Positions 1 to 10,904 of a DNA stretch of 64,000 bases are shown here, one piece after another. The stretch is taken from positions 45,193 through 109,192 of the IMG/VR virus record IMGVR_UViG_3300009103_002144; one strand, 5' to 3'. The DNA is from a virus. Both the position numbers and the translations under genes were made by a program. Numbering within the stretch: position 1 is the first letter of the stretch; each line of letters opens with the position of its first letter. Below the pieces are notes generated by a model. It did not search any database, was not told the origin of the DNA, and saw only the letters and a list, made by a program, of their open reading frames with translations.

Positions 1-1083
1 TGACGAGCTCAACACACTTGAATTGGGGATCTCATACCAGGAGGCAAAGACACCCCCATATCCACCAGTGCCGATCGGCGGGGAGCCGGGCCATGCTGAC
101 TTATCTCGATAGGCGCCGGTCGCACTCTTTGCTATATCGTCTAGAGTAAACCGCCACCAACCTATCAAGTCATCTCCACTCGTATAGTATTGACCTGGAA
201 TTGATTGCCATCTAGCATTGAGATCATACTGCACGAGCGGGGATGGCGTATTTGGCTGCTGGGCGTAAATTTTTGAATATATAATTTCGTGAACGTCTGT
301 CGAGATATAGGGGCTGATATCTTCTCGTACGAGACCCTGATATCCCTGTAAAGGCTGAGCTGAATATGGGTCGGTCCAGGATGCGGATACAGCCGTAAAA
401 GACATTCTTGAAGCAACGGGAATATCTCTTGCATGAAATGCCGCCATCTGACTTGGTCCATCAAAAAAAGGAGTCAAAGGGGGCGCAGACTGATACCAGG
501 TGTCTGTTATCTCAGTACTCCCAAATGATGTCTCTGAAAATGATCCTACAACGGCCCCACGAGGTCCACGACCTTCATGCTTTAAGTCAATATAGCCTAA
601 AATTTCTCGTCTTATGTCAAATACTTCTATCACTCCATCAAATTCATGATCAGGAAGAATTCCCGCATTCCATAAGTTGGCTGGCCACATGGTGTGGCCT
701 GGATCTTGAAGATACGATACAGGATCAAAACCGCTGATATCTGCAAATGGTTCGCCCCGTTGAGTTGTTGGGGCCTGTCCAAAGGTCATTCTCTCAAGAT
801 CGAATCCAATTCTTGTAGAGATTACAGAGCCACTAACTCCCCGCATATCAGCTGTATCATTATTTATGACTAATGAATCATCAAACTCATTTTCAGAAAG
901 TGGTGAGGAGCCCTTATACAGCTTTGTTCGTGCCCCCGAGCCGATACGAGGTAAAAGACTTCCGAAATAGGCAGCATCTGTATTTGCATAAATTCCCTGA
1001 TAAGAGTATATAATGGACCCAGAAGGTGAGGCTGTTGAGCCCCTCGTCCGGCTACCGCTCAAAACTCTTTGTGTCGTTCCCAT
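1..1083 (-). CDS. Virion structural protein, partial (runs off left end), probable LamG-like domain
   Basis: Not in the ORF track. My manual translation from ATG at 1083 (TAATG overlap with the upstream stop) is open for 361 codons to the edge: MGTTQRVLSGSRTRGSTASPSGS...DDLIGWWRF. LIGWWRF resembles the start of a LamG/concanavalin-like domain. Confidence 0.75.
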   Translation of the reverse strand, partial: MGTTQRVLSGSRTRGSTASPSGSIIYSYQGIYANTDAAYFGSLLPRIGSGARTKLYKGSSPLSENEFDDSLVINNDTADMRGVSGSVISTRIGFDLERMTFGQAPTTQRGEPFADISGFDPVSYLQDPGHTMWPANLWNAGILPDHEFDGVIEVFDIRREILGYIDLKHEGRGPRGAVVGSFSETSFGSTEITDTWYQSAPPLTPFFDGPSQMAAFHARDIPVASRMSFTAVSASWTDPYSAQPLQGYQGLVREDISPYISTDVHEIIYSKIYAQQPNTPSPLVQYDLNARWQSIPGQYYTSGDDLIGWWRFTLDDIAKSATGAYRDKSAWPGSPPIGTGGYGGVFASWYEIPNSSVLSSS

Positions 1084-4000
1084 TATATCTTCCTAACCTG
1101 CGCTATCAATTGTCTCAAAAGAATTATTCCTTTTAGATTTCTTCTTGTGCTTTCACCAAGATAAACATCACCATATTGATGAGCAACCTTTGCACGCTCA
1201 AGTGCGTGGCTCTCCAGGATGAAATTAAATCCAAGGTAATTCGTTTTTCGAGGTATTAGATTCTCAATCATAACATCGAACGAATCATCTAGCCAGCGGA
1301 AAAAATCAAAGAAGTTCTTATAGTTTACTGTATCTGTAAGTCTATTGAAATAAACTTTCCGAAGATCAGCAAGCCCAGGGTATTCTTCTGCAAACATTAG
1401 TTCTGGAGCACCGAGAATATTATCTAATGAATCAAGGGTCGCAAAAATCTGCATTATATCTTCATTCAGTGCTTGCATAACAGAGAACTCTATAGCAAAT
1501 CGGGCATCGTCTTTTGGCTCATAAGCTCGAGGCATTTCATATATTGGTGCCGGTCGGCCTCCTATCTCAAAAAGATTCTTACCCTCTGTAAATCCTGCGA
1601 TTCTTACCTTGTTCTCTTGTGTAAGTTCATCGTAATATGCAGATAGAGCACTAAAATCAAACCTTTCAGGAACCAGCACTCCCTTTGATACTTCAAACCC
1701 TCTTAATATTGCGCCATACTCTGATGCTGTTACGAACAAAGACCCACCAGCCATACCTGCCTCAACTGTCATTCCGCCAATATAGGGAACTGCGGATCTG
1801 TTCAATTTAGACTGTTGCGAGAAATCTATTAATTGTAGCGTACCATTAGATAAAGACTCTGTTACAGGTTGATCGCAAGAAATGTTAAGTCGTAACCTAT
1901 TGAAAGACCCTGTCGCACTCTGTGCAAACGAAAAATTCTTTAGTGGGTCTTCAACGCCCACGGACTTGAAATTTCGGACGTGCTCTTTGACTTCATCCTT
2001 CGTTAATGCTTTCGAGAAAAACCTTAGATGACTAACCTTACCAGAAAAGTTAGTTGTTCGAGGAGCAGATGCTGATACTTCTGTGTGGTTATTTAAGAAA
2101 CCAATTGACGAATCTATCCCCAGAGATTGAGAACCAATCGTTATAAATGAGCCGGACGTATTCTCAGTTGTGATTCTTTGAAATAAGTTTTTATTGGGGT
2201 CATCGGCCTCGGCCCACATAGAAGAAGTGGTATAAAATTCTCTAATTGTTCCGTTCTCTTGTCTAGCAACATTCAAGAAATAGCTAGAAGATACTGCATT
2301 ACCAATTTCATCACACCGCTTTCGGCCGGCTGACACATACCACTTGTCACCCGAAAATACGTTTACTCCGCTTAGAGTAAGTTCGATCAATGGAGCAGCT
2401 TGTTCATCACCCGCTTTCCAGCCCGGGCGAGCAAATAACTTTATATTATAGTCTGACGGATTCGCAACCACGTTAAGCAAAAGAGGTTGTTCTGATGCTG
2501 CGGCTGTCCCTTCTGTTCTAGAGCCTGCGCCAGTTGTGTGGAGCCTGAATAAGCTCTGTGATTTTCTCCATTCTATTGTTGGGACAAACTTAAATCTGCC
2601 CTCTACAGTCCAGCTACCGGAAGTTAATAAGCCGTCATTCTTACCATCTGATATACCCCAGGGGAAGTAAGGTTTTATAGCATGACCCTCAATCCATACT
2701 TGTGTATTTTCGTCCACGAAGGTTGAGCTAGCTGATAATGGTGGCCACCCAAACTCGACCCTAGAAGAAGAGAGATACGTAGATATGAGATTTGAGCGAT
2801 TACCATAAAACCCTTGTGCTTGAAGACTCCCAATTTTTCCAGCCAAACTACCAGAGAAATTAGCCATGCTCGAAATCTCAGTTATATTTTGTCTTGAGCT
2901 GCCAAGACGAAACTCTGGTGATCCACCATATTCAATAAATCGAAACATTCTGTTGGGATCTATACCTGATGCTCTAAACAGTGACTTGATGGCATGTGTT
3001 GTTCCTTTTGACGAAAATATATCTCTTAAATTAATCAACACCCTTCGCCACATTTCATTTTGAACATTCAAAAGATTTCCAACGGGATTATCTCCGGCAA
3101 CATCTTCTCCTTCAAAAAGTTGGCTATGTGTAGCATTTCTGTACATGTTCGGAAGCTTAAATCCGTAATAATCCGCCAAGAATGGTAAGAATTGGTCTGC
3201 TATAGATTCATGACGATCATAATCAATGTGAACAAGATTACTAACATGATCCAGCATCTGCTTTAGCTCATCGAACTCTCTAGCCCACATAAACAACATT
3301 GATGAAATAATCTGGGGTTGACCCATACGAGCACCACCAGGAGCAGAGTTGCTAGCTGGCTGATCAGCTGCTCCCTGAATTCCCTCAAGAAGTGTTCCAC
3401 TCGCGTCACCACCTACGCTATAATCAGACTGTGCTGCCATTTCCATATAGTGCGCAGGAACCAATTTCGTAATCGTGTTCGGATTATTCGCATCATATTG
3501 TGATGCGCTCATCAGAAGACCTTCATTCATCGTAATAACTGACGGATATGATGGAAATAACACCGGACTTATTACGGCGTTTTCGAACCTCTGGATTGAA
3601 GGATAAAACTTTTCAGACCGAACGTAAGTTTCGTAATTTGTGATTCTAGAGTGGAGCGAATTTCCGCTGTGGTCTAAGACAACATCTTTATTGGTATAAG
3701 ATCCTGTCGGTTCATTAAAGCGCATATTCAATAAAAGAGAATCATCATCAGCAAAAACGATTCGAGGGTTATTATATTTTAGCTGCCTTCTGGTCCTGCA
3801 CTTATCCCACACACGGAACTTATTCAAAGATCCGCTCAAAGTCTTATCAGGTGTGAAGATAACTTGCTCATTTTCAGTAGTGATCTGTGATCCTGTACCG
3901 ATAAGCAAAGAATTTCCCTGTGTATTTATCATCCCAAAATTAAATCGAGGGGATTGAGCAACTACTTTACTACCGCTTGTTATCTCTAATCTTTGGATGT

Positions 4001-4760
4001 CAGAGTTACGATTATACCCAAAAGAAAGATTGTAGAACTTCCCTTTTTCAATCTCATACTCCGCTGTTTGATAATTACTGCCGCTCACCACAGCAAACCC
4101 AATACTGGCCTCTTGTATAGACGTCGACTCCATGAGGTAAGCGCCGTATCCTACACCAGCATCGGAAAAATGATGAAAAATGAATTGGTTATCATTCACC
4201 TGGGTAGGGAGTGCAAGATCAAGTTCAACGAATATACTGCTATTTCTTGGGTTCAGAACAGTCAAGCCGGAATTATTCTTTGATAGTGATGGAAAAAGAA
4301 CACCTGCTTTATCTATAACTTCGATATACGGACCTGGCCCAGAACCTACTGTTGCATTACTACCGCTAAAGGACAGATACCCTCTATAGCTTGGATATCT
4401 ATCCACGATATGCTTTTCCCAGCCCGTTAACTGGTCAAGCCAATCGTTATACTCTTTCTTTGTACCATCAAAAGGAAATCGATTGATGATCTTTTCAAAC
4501 AAGATATTAACATTTGCTTCAGCAGAGCAAAAGAAGGTGTGGTTTTCCCACTTTGACCAATCTGTTGGTAATTGCTGCGTTGACTTAAGTGGCGAACCGG
4601 GAGGGTCATAACGAAATGAACCAGTTGGAGACATTGGTTCCTGTGAGCCAGACAACGAATCTTGTGTCTGACCTCTTAAAACACCGGAAGAATTTGTGTA
4701 TCTTCGAATAACATTAGGTGTAAATAATCTTTGACCTTCGAAGACTCTCTTTTTAGCCAT
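1083..4760 (-). CDS. Large baseplate/wedge-associated structural protein with LamG-like domains
   Basis: 1225 aa. LamG-like motifs (LSGSLNKFRVW, FSGKVSHLRFF, LLLNMRFNE) and a P2 gpI/T4 gp7-like segment (FLPFLADYYG...IFSSKGTTHAIKSLF). Lies in the baseplate cluster. Confidence 0.65.
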   Translation of the reverse strand: MAKKRVFEGQRLFTPNVIRRYTNSSGVLRGQTQDSLSGSQEPMSPTGSFRYDPPGSPLKSTQQLPTDWSKWENHTFFCSAEANVNILFEKIINRFPFDGTKKEYNDWLDQLTGWEKHIVDRYPSYRGYLSFSGSNATVGSGPGPYIEVIDKAGVLFPSLSKNNSGLTVLNPRNSSIFVELDLALPTQVNDNQFIFHHFSDAGVGYGAYLMESTSIQEASIGFAVVSGSNYQTAEYEIEKGKFYNLSFGYNRNSDIQRLEITSGSKVVAQSPRFNFGMINTQGNSLLIGTGSQITTENEQVIFTPDKTLSGSLNKFRVWDKCRTRRQLKYNNPRIVFADDDSLLLNMRFNEPTGSYTNKDVVLDHSGNSLHSRITNYETYVRSEKFYPSIQRFENAVISPVLFPSYPSVITMNEGLLMSASQYDANNPNTITKLVPAHYMEMAAQSDYSVGGDASGTLLEGIQGAADQPASNSAPGGARMGQPQIISSMLFMWAREFDELKQMLDHVSNLVHIDYDRHESIADQFLPFLADYYGFKLPNMYRNATHSQLFEGEDVAGDNPVGNLLNVQNEMWRRVLINLRDIFSSKGTTHAIKSLFRASGIDPNRMFRFIEYGGSPEFRLGSSRQNITEISSMANFSGSLAGKIGSLQAQGFYGNRSNLISTYLSSSRVEFGWPPLSASSTFVDENTQVWIEGHAIKPYFPWGISDGKNDGLLTSGSWTVEGRFKFVPTIEWRKSQSLFRLHTTGAGSRTEGTAAASEQPLLLNVVANPSDYNIKLFARPGWKAGDEQAAPLIELTLSGVNVFSGDKWYVSAGRKRCDEIGNAVSSSYFLNVARQENGTIREFYTTSSMWAEADDPNKNLFQRITTENTSGSFITIGSQSLGIDSSIGFLNNHTEVSASAPRTTNFSGKVSHLRFFSKALTKDEVKEHVRNFKSVGVEDPLKNFSFAQSATGSFNRLRLNISCDQPVTESLSNGTLQLIDFSQQSKLNRSAVPYIGGMTVEAGMAGGSLFVTASEYGAILRGFEVSKGVLVPERFDFSALSAYYDELTQENKVRIAGFTEGKNLFEIGGRPAPIYEMPRAYEPKDDARFAIEFSVMQALNEDIMQIFATLDSLDNILGAPELMFAEEYPGLADLRKVYFNRLTDTVNYKNFFDFFRWLDDSFDVMIENLIPRKTNYLGFNFILESHALERAKVAHQYGDVYLGESTRRNLKGIILLRQLIAQVRKI

Positions 4761-6316
4761 TACGAAACAACCCTAAAATTAATTTCTGGTACCTTCACAA
4801 GCCTCTCGAGGCCTCTATCGACGAGCAATAGGTCAACGGTCAGCTGCCTATTTGCGGGAAGGCCAGAGGTCCTAAATTGCATATACATACCTGAACCATC
4901 TGTCGATACGCGGGTGCTCTGGTATGTCTTATCAAAATCAATGATAACAGTACCGGTCTGTACATCTTTTATCCTATAATACGCTTCATCTATGATAATC
5001 GTTTCTAGCTTTCGAGGAAGCTTATAAGCTTTTTTATTCGAATCAGCGTCCAAATCTTCTACGAAAAACCTAATCGTTGCCTCAACATTCTGTTCATATT
5101 CAGGCTGCGCTCCCACAGGAGTAAAGAGAAGTCTTCTATTTGAAAATCCGCCGACAACGCGCTCTGGTTTTTTGACAGTAATCGAGCCAGTATAAAATCC
5201 TACGGTCTTATCCATAGAAGACCAGATCTCTTGTAATTTTAGCTCGTTATTATGCTTAAGTGTTTGAAAGAAATTCGAATCGAATTGTGATAAGTTGAAT
5301 GTGCCAGAATATACTCCCGTCATTCCCTGACCTGTCGTACTACCGGTATGCTGAGAAGCTGTAACATAGATATTCGCCTCTCTAGCAGTATCGCCTGAAG
5401 ACGAAACAAATCTTAAAAGAATACAATCCTGACCCTGAAGCTTTGTTAGCGATGACCCACTAACCAGCGCCGCTGGACGACCAGCTGTGAGGTTTCGTAA
5501 GAATAAGCTTGACGATACGTTAAAAAGAAGACCTTTGTGTTTATCCTGAATACTATCGTCCCAAGTAAACACAAGTCGAGGTGTTATCAGCGGATCTCTT
5601 GCATGACGGGAAGCAAATCGTTTTACGAACCGAGTTTTTCTATCACTTTCATAAGTACCACTGTACGTTATTCGAAATCCATGATTTTGTACGATATTTG
5701 CTATTGATGCAGAAACAACTTTCGTAACATTAAGAGATAATTTTCCGGGACCCTCCCTAAAATACTGGGTTGAACCAAAATCAATCGTCTCGCTACCTAT
5801 TGCACCGCTGATCATATAATCTATATCTTCATCCCCCATAAAGCCTCGAGCACCTGACCCAGAAGTGTTCCATAACATTACTGATGTGGGAGAATAAGAA
5901 GCGGTGATAAAGTTCGCGGCGTCGATATCACTAAACTGTGCTACATTTCTACCAGAGCCCTCGCTCCAAGATCTAGAAAGTGGAAACGCTACAATCTTAA
6001 AGTCCTCTGGGACTGGGGCACCGAGAACCGCTTCGAATAATTCAAGCTTTACCTGAAATGATGGATGATTGATATCAAGAGAAGAAGATGTAAGATCAGA
6101 TACTTCGTTATAATCAAATTTTATCAGGATCCGAGAAAGCTCATCAACAGAAGAAGTTATTCTGGTGGATGCTGAAATATATGATGACTCATCCCACAGC
6201 TTAAATAAATCAAGTGTACCAGCTCTACCAACGTTGGCGTCAGTGGCCTTGAACTTGTTGTCTATTACCTTATTTGTAATGTACGTGTCTGCGCTAGCTG
6301 TCAGGATATAAAACAT
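4760..6316 (-). CDS. Baseplate-associated structural protein (beta-rich)
   Basis: 518 aa with ADTYI...SRILIKFD...PRLVFTWDD pattern. Sits between baseplate genes and is translationally coupled. Confidence 0.5.
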   Translation of the reverse strand: MFYILTASADTYITNKVIDNKFKATDANVGRAGTLDLFKLWDESSYISASTRITSSVDELSRILIKFDYNEVSDLTSSSLDINHPSFQVKLELFEAVLGAPVPEDFKIVAFPLSRSWSEGSGRNVAQFSDIDAANFITASYSPTSVMLWNTSGSGARGFMGDEDIDYMISGAIGSETIDFGSTQYFREGPGKLSLNVTKVVSASIANIVQNHGFRITYSGTYESDRKTRFVKRFASRHARDPLITPRLVFTWDDSIQDKHKGLLFNVSSSLFLRNLTAGRPAALVSGSSLTKLQGQDCILLRFVSSSGDTAREANIYVTASQHTGSTTGQGMTGVYSGTFNLSQFDSNFFQTLKHNNELKLQEIWSSMDKTVGFYTGSITVKKPERVVGGFSNRRLLFTPVGAQPEYEQNVEATIRFFVEDLDADSNKKAYKLPRKLETIIIDEAYYRIKDVQTGTVIIDFDKTYQSTRVSTDGSGMYMQFRTSGLPANRQLTVDLLLVDRGLERLVKVPEINFRVVS

Positions 6317-6322
6317 TTTTTA

Positions 6323-8167
6323 CTATCTCACTGTTACTACGATGTCTTTGTTAGGATATTTCAATTCAAAAATACTTCCAGGTGGGCCTACGACCATCTG
6401 TTGGTATGTGTTGCCATCAACACTAAATGATATGTCACTGTAAGTTCTTTCCTGAACAACGCCCGTTAAGTTTACGAGCTTAATATCGACCATCGACATT
6501 ACCCCCTCACTGTTTAGTACAGAATTGATTATATCTGCATAAGCGATAGGCATATCAATTTGCATGTTGTCTGTCTTAAGAAGTTGTGTTAATCGATTTA
6601 TTATCGTCTGTGCGACCTGAGACTTATTCGAGTCAGGGTGAGCAACGATATCCACATTTACTGCAAAATTTATTATTCTTGCATCTAGAATATCATAAGC
6701 ATCACTAACCGCCCTAAACTCATTCAAATAAATCCTAAGATTTTTCTTCAATGTATCTGACGACATTTTTAACTTCTTCCGCTTATCACGAGAAACAATG
6801 AAGATCAATGAGGCAAGAGAATTAATGGGATTGGGTCGGATACCCACTCTGTACACTCTTCCGAACTGATTAGGTAATGTGTAAACCCTAGCAATCAAGT
6901 CTTCCTTAGTAATTATTCGTGATTGCGCTGCGCGACTTGATGGGATCAATGCTCTAAGCTCGCTAATAGTCGGAGCGCGGTCGCCATCAAGAGCCGGTAA
7001 AGCATTTGAACAATCAACAGACCCTCTCACTTGAGATGCCTCAGCGGCACTGGCGGTGGATGAAAATTTTAGAAAAAGAGTCGTTATTGTCCTTATTGTC
7101 TCGGATCCGACGTTATGCTTCAGGCCGCCGCCGGCGCGATAAGTGATGGTAAGCACAGTGTTTCTTGGAGATATACCCAGGGTTTGTGTTTGAAGCATTG
7201 AGTTTGGGTCGATCGTAAAACGTGAAAACGTCGTTTTTCCATATAAGGGTAATGCCAATTCAGAGGGATCTGGAATAATGTCATTATCTAACGTCTTTGC
7301 ATTTCCGGCGCCGAATCTAATAGTTGTTAATTTGGTGTTGTAATCGTAGTTCTTTATGAATCGATACGGCGCTGGTATAACTTCAAGATTATAGCCAACG
7401 CTCTCGCTGTCTTCTGAAAGATTAATTATCTTCCTAAAAACGGTATCTTGTGAAAGCGATTCTACCTCGTAATACACATTACCATCGCTATCCTTTACAC
7501 TAACAATATCTGTAACGTTTTCATCTGGAAGAGTTAACGTTCGAAATGGCTTATGGATGTTCGGTATTTTTGTCTTCCACTCTTTTCTTACACCAGACAA
7601 ACATAAGCCATCTCGCATCACCACGTAATTAGTGGGAGTACCATCCTCCGCAGTTTCAACAACCACTGATTCATAAAGATAATTTCCGTCTTTGTCTTTT
7701 TCAGCAAAATCTAAGTCTTGTAGAAGGTTGAATGGAATACCATCATTAGACGTAAAGATGGATAGGGCTCCCACTGTTGGAAGTAATGAAGATTTCGGAG
7801 TTGTTATCCCATTTACTGTTTCACCCGGAATCTGAAAATATACTTTTACCATGACAACAGAGGGAGTGGCGCCGTGAACTTTCACACCGGCATTGCGCAA
7901 ATGCTTTTGGATATTTTTTACTTCAATAGCAGAAGACCAGTTAAGCTCGTTGAACTGGTGGTCCATATAAAAGGACATCGTATCGCCAACAAACGCAGCC
8001 ATATCCAGTAAAAGCCCTCCAAGACTAGCTTCGGAAAAATCTTGTATCTTATCTGAGAAATATAACTTTGCATGTTGATACAAAGAATTGCGAAAAGACT
8101 CAAAGTCTTTTGCCAAGTAATTTCTTTTATTTTCATTTTTTAGACTTCGCTTTACATTTATGGCCAT
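6323..8167 (-). CDS. Baseplate wedge subunit (T4 gp6 / baseplate J-like)
   Basis: YLAKDFESFR, LLDMAAFVGD, IRFGAG, YRAGGG...NVG and QSRIITKEDL motifs typical of gp6/J-like proteins. Follows the gp25-like gene. Confidence 0.85.
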   Translation of the reverse strand: MAINVKRSLKNENKRNYLAKDFESFRNSLYQHAKLYFSDKIQDFSEASLGGLLLDMAAFVGDTMSFYMDHQFNELNWSSAIEVKNIQKHLRNAGVKVHGATPSVVMVKVYFQIPGETVNGITTPKSSLLPTVGALSIFTSNDGIPFNLLQDLDFAEKDKDGNYLYESVVVETAEDGTPTNYVVMRDGLCLSGVRKEWKTKIPNIHKPFRTLTLPDENVTDIVSVKDSDGNVYYEVESLSQDTVFRKIINLSEDSESVGYNLEVIPAPYRFIKNYDYNTKLTTIRFGAGNAKTLDNDIIPDPSELALPLYGKTTFSRFTIDPNSMLQTQTLGISPRNTVLTITYRAGGGLKHNVGSETIRTITTLFLKFSSTASAAEASQVRGSVDCSNALPALDGDRAPTISELRALIPSSRAAQSRIITKEDLIARVYTLPNQFGRVYRVGIRPNPINSLASLIFIVSRDKRKKLKMSSDTLKKNLRIYLNEFRAVSDAYDILDARIINFAVNVDIVAHPDSNKSQVAQTIINRLTQLLKTDNMQIDMPIAYADIINSVLNSEGVMSMVDIKLVNLTGVVQERTYSDISFSVDGNTYQQMVVGPPGSIFELKYPNKDIVVTVR

Positions 8168-8170
8168 CTT

Positions 8171-8668
8171 TTATCCTGCACTGTATATTAGTATCTCCAT
8201 ACCTCTTTCTTTCATTCGGATGCGTGGAACACTATAGGTTAATTTTACGCCTACTTTTGCGACCTGCTTATTATCAAAAAGTTCAACTACCGGTTCGAAC
8301 GTAGCTAATGCAACAAACGGCATCCACCGATTAACTGCTAATGTTATTCTTCTCATCGCTTCATTCGCCCCGGAGTCAGACTGCATCTCGAAAGCTAATT
8401 CCATTAAATTAGCACCAAAATGGGGAAAGCCCAACCTCTCACCATGATTTGTTAAAATCAAATTAATAAGATTATCATGTATCTGATCTGCGAAGGATGT
8501 GTTCATTTTAAGAAACCCTTCGCCTGATTCTGCAACGGTAACCGGAGTCTTAATTCCTACCGGTGGAGCAGCCGTACGACGTGCATCAATCTCAGCCTGA
8601 CGTTCATATTCAGTGCCTACAGACCTAAAATCGTATTTTTTAACGTTCGCTCTTCTAGTTACAGCCAT
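8171..8668 (-). CDS. GPW/gp25-like baseplate protein (sheath initiator)
   Basis: NLINLILTNHGERLGFPHFGANL...AVNRWMP signature. Confidence 0.9.
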   Translation of the reverse strand: MAVTRRANVKKYDFRSVGTEYERQAEIDARRTAAPPVGIKTPVTVAESGEGFLKMNTSFADQIHDNLINLILTNHGERLGFPHFGANLMELAFEMQSDSGANEAMRRITLAVNRWMPFVALATFEPVVELFDNKQVAKVGVKLTYSVPRIRMKERGMEILIYSAG

Positions 8669-8735
8669 GATAAACCACCCATACTAAATATTTGCCCGCA
8701 AAAATAGTGATGAGCTAAGTCACACATAGCCGCAT

Positions 8736-9023
8736 CTATAACAGCGTGCCGGTACCCGAACCCATACCCGCTCCAGCAACTGGACACGCACCAGCGGGTG
8801 CAAGCGGCGCCGCAATACCGGCAAGTACTGTTATTACGGTCGTTTGTACAACCGCTGAGGTCGTATACGAATGTATGGCCATGCCCAAAGCATCGCCAAG
8901 AGCCTTGTTAATGTCAGATGGTGATGTACCAGACTCGGCCGCCTCTGGAATACTTTTTCTCGCGTCCTCTAAAGCTAACCAAATATCTAATTGTAATAAT
9001 GGTAACGCTGCTGATAATGGCAT
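8736..9023 (-). CDS. Small baseplate spike-associated protein (hypothetical)
   Basis: 95 aa ending GSGTGTLL, with an AAGGAGG RBS upstream. Located between the gp5-like and gp25-like genes. Confidence 0.55.
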   Translation of the reverse strand: MPLSAALPLLQLDIWLALEDARKSIPEAAESGTSPSDINKALGDALGMAIHSYTTSAVVQTTVITVLAGIAAPLAPAGACPVAGAGMGSGTGTLL

Positions 9024-9032
9024 AATTCCTCC

Positions 9033-10904
9033 TTATTCTCCAAAAATTCTTTCCGATTGGATGCTCGGTATTTGACCCTTCCGGGAATCCATGTTGGCTT
9101 TTAGCGCTGCGGCGGCAGAATTAATTTCTGGTGATGGTGCACCGTAACCGGGCGTAGTGTGTATTGAAAGATCGCTACAAAATGTCTGAATATCTGACAT
9201 AGTGGCCGAAAGGAGCTCATATAATTGTTGGTACATAACGTATGGCTGAGAGCTTCCATCGCCAGGACCACTATTATCTGAGCCTGCACCACCGTCATCG
9301 GGGTGTCTCCCTAAAAAGATTTTCGAGCCGCTTATCTGTATTGTTCCATCTGCCAAAATGTATATACACGCCATATCTTCATCAGGGATCCCCTGCTTGA
9401 TAATACGGATAGAGCCATTGATCTCTGGGGAGCCATCCACAGGATCATCTGCCTCAAGTTTTCTAGCGATAATTCGAATCTCATCAGCTTTCGTAACAAC
9501 ACTAGATGGAAAATCTTTGGTTGCGCCAATAGTAAGTTCTGTGTCTTCTGGACCAATAAGCGTTGGGAGCGTTTTACCTGGATTATCTATATTGAATAAA
9601 GGGTCTGGCTCCCCGGAGTGACTAATCCAAACACGGGCAGCATCATAAGCAAAATCCGGGTCGCCCTCAGGTGGAGCATCTAATCGATTTAAGTCGGCCT
9701 GTTCATTTGCTTGAGGATTCTTATTTGTTTCAATCCACTTCTCTCTTCCTGGGCCCAGGTGCTCTGGAATCGGGGTGTTCTCTATACAGCGAGGAGCAGT
9801 CAAAATAGGCGGTAATAATTCTGTTTTAGACCTGAATCTCCAGTCATGACGACCCCTTCCAGCCACCAAATCAATAGCGCCCCAGGGATATTCTTTTCGC
9901 TCTTCTATCTTATCTTCATCAAATGTAGCATTTGAGTAGTCGGAGTCCCATGCTAAATCAAGGCGTTCTCTGCCGATATGTCGGCCCCACCCACGTTGTT
10001 CTCCTAAACAAATTAATGTATTATTTGATCCTTGAAGAACCATGTCACCTGGACGCTTCGTAAATCGTGGTACATGTTGACGGTGAAACTGGTCATACGC
10101 GATAGCTACGTTTACCAGGTCTTCATACGCTAGCTCTTCCTTAAGGGTATATGCATCTTCTTTTCCAGTACCATTTGGGAATCCGAATAGCCTATCATCC
10201 ATCCCATCCCCGTCTTTGTCTTCACTTTCTAAAGGACTTATTACCTGTCCTTCCTCTGTCTGCTCGGTACCAGGGTTTACAATTGATGTCCCATCATCGG
10301 GCACTTCTTCAGTTTCCTGTGCGTTTTCAGCTAACTCTTTCGATGTTGGTTGTGCCAGACTTCCAACAAGCTTCCTATCGGCATGAGTAAAGTTAATGTC
10401 ATCTACATGTGACGGCTCTGGAATTCGGCACATCCAATATCGAATTTTTGTGGGAGTATCGGGCGAATCGACTACTACCCAAACCTGCTCTCCAGGCTTT
10501 ACTGGAAAACAAAGGTGGGGCGGGAAAAATGGATAGCACAACACACCTTGTCCACCAATTGCTTCTCCCTCAGGTATAGACTCTTCATTTTCTTCCGCTT
10601 CTCTTGCCTCTTCTTCTGTGGGCTGTTCAGTGGCATCTGCTGCCTTCTTATCTGCTCCCCCCGTTACAACACGAGCGATAATCGAGTTTCTTGGTGCGGT
10701 TGCAAGCATATCGGGCGAATCAATAAGAGCCTTCATTTCTTCAAGATCTTCTTCTGGAAATACACTCAAATCATAAAGCACTTCAACCACAACTGCTCTT
10801 GTAAAGATCTGCGTTGGATTCGCAGTTGCATTCGCATCAGCTGGAGCTGATGCGGTTGGATTCGCTTGTTGTGCTACTGCATCTGTACCTGATCCGCGAG
10901 CCAT
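9033..10904 (-). CDS. Baseplate hub/central spike (gp5/gpV-like)
   Basis: OB-fold-like PFFP..FPVKPGEQVWV, PGDMVLQG and C-terminal HTTPGYGAPSP. Position upstream of gp25 fits. Confidence 0.6.
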   Translation of the reverse strand: MARGSGTDAVAQQANPTASAPADANATANPTQIFTRAVVVEVLYDLSVFPEEDLEEMKALIDSPDMLATAPRNSIIARVVTGGADKKAADATEQPTEEEAREAEENEESIPEGEAIGGQGVLCYPFFPPHLCFPVKPGEQVWVVVDSPDTPTKIRYWMCRIPEPSHVDDINFTHADRKLVGSLAQPTSKELAENAQETEEVPDDGTSIVNPGTEQTEEGQVISPLESEDKDGDGMDDRLFGFPNGTGKEDAYTLKEELAYEDLVNVAIAYDQFHRQHVPRFTKRPGDMVLQGSNNTLICLGEQRGWGRHIGRERLDLAWDSDYSNATFDEDKIEERKEYPWGAIDLVAGRGRHDWRFRSKTELLPPILTAPRCIENTPIPEHLGPGREKWIETNKNPQANEQADLNRLDAPPEGDPDFAYDAARVWISHSGEPDPLFNIDNPGKTLPTLIGPEDTELTIGATKDFPSSVVTKADEIRIIARKLEADDPVDGSPEINGSIRIIKQGIPDEDMACIYILADGTIQISGSKIFLGRHPDDGGAGSDNSGPGDGSSQPYVMYQQLYELLSATMSDIQTFCSDLSIHTTPGYGAPSPEINSAAAALKANMDSRKGQIPSIQSERIFGE

